From a virus (lineage: Duplodnaviria; Caudoviricetes): a stretch of 25,147 bases of DNA. The notes under the pieces are model-generated. The model was not told the origin of the DNA, ran no database searches, and saw nothing but the letters and a program-made list of their open reading frames with translations. Positions 25,076 through 25,147 of the stretch are shown here, one piece after another. The stretch covers positions 1 to 25,147 of the IMG/VR virus record IMGVR_UViG_3300034101_002498; one strand, given 5' to 3'. Made by a program: the position numbers and the translations under genes. Numbering within the stretch: position 1 is the stretch's first letter; the number at the start of each line of letters is the position of its first letter.

Positions 25076-25147
25076 CTACCATCCCTACAACCTCACTACG
25101 TATCACTACACATCACTACGTAGCATCTAACCTCATCTAACACCTAC
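25076..25147. repeat. ~10-bp-period degenerate repeats (TCACTAC x3, CATCTAAC x2) upstream of the putative terS
   Basis: CTA[CA] at 25076, 25085, 25096, 25106, 25116, 25127, 25137 and 25144. Confidence 0.75.

Noticed and set aside
1-25147. Stop-codon reassignment (alternative genetic code)
   Set aside because: Core genes are full-length in the standard code, and TAA, TAG and TGA all serve as stops at tight gene junctions.

Overview
The whole window is a tailed dsDNA phage (podovirus-type, P22-like head-tail architecture) late region, encoded entirely on the minus strand. Reading from high to low coordinates, it holds: a putative small terminase; a ~570-nt G/C-tract-rich spacer; a large terminase interrupted by a class-3-type LAGLIDADG intein; the portal; a 4-gene accessory structural cassette; a conserved small protein; scaffold; major capsid; cement/decoration protein; a conserved hypothetical; a head-tail adaptor fused to an RCC1-like beta-propeller; a glycine-zipper protein; a gp10-like tail stabilisation protein; three probable DNA-ejection proteins; a tail fibre with an S74 chaperone; and a lysis cassette with a GH24 endolysin and two membrane proteins. 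I found three minus-strand ORFs that the supplied track misses: a 55-aa coiled-coil protein (16735..16902), an 18-aa Lys/Gly micropeptide with a strong RBS (637..693), and a lipoprotein running off the window edge (<2..532). A structured RNA-like element lies between the last two. No tRNA, rRNA, CRISPR, integrase or reverse transcriptase was seen. All family assignments come from motif recognition and synteny; no database searches were run.
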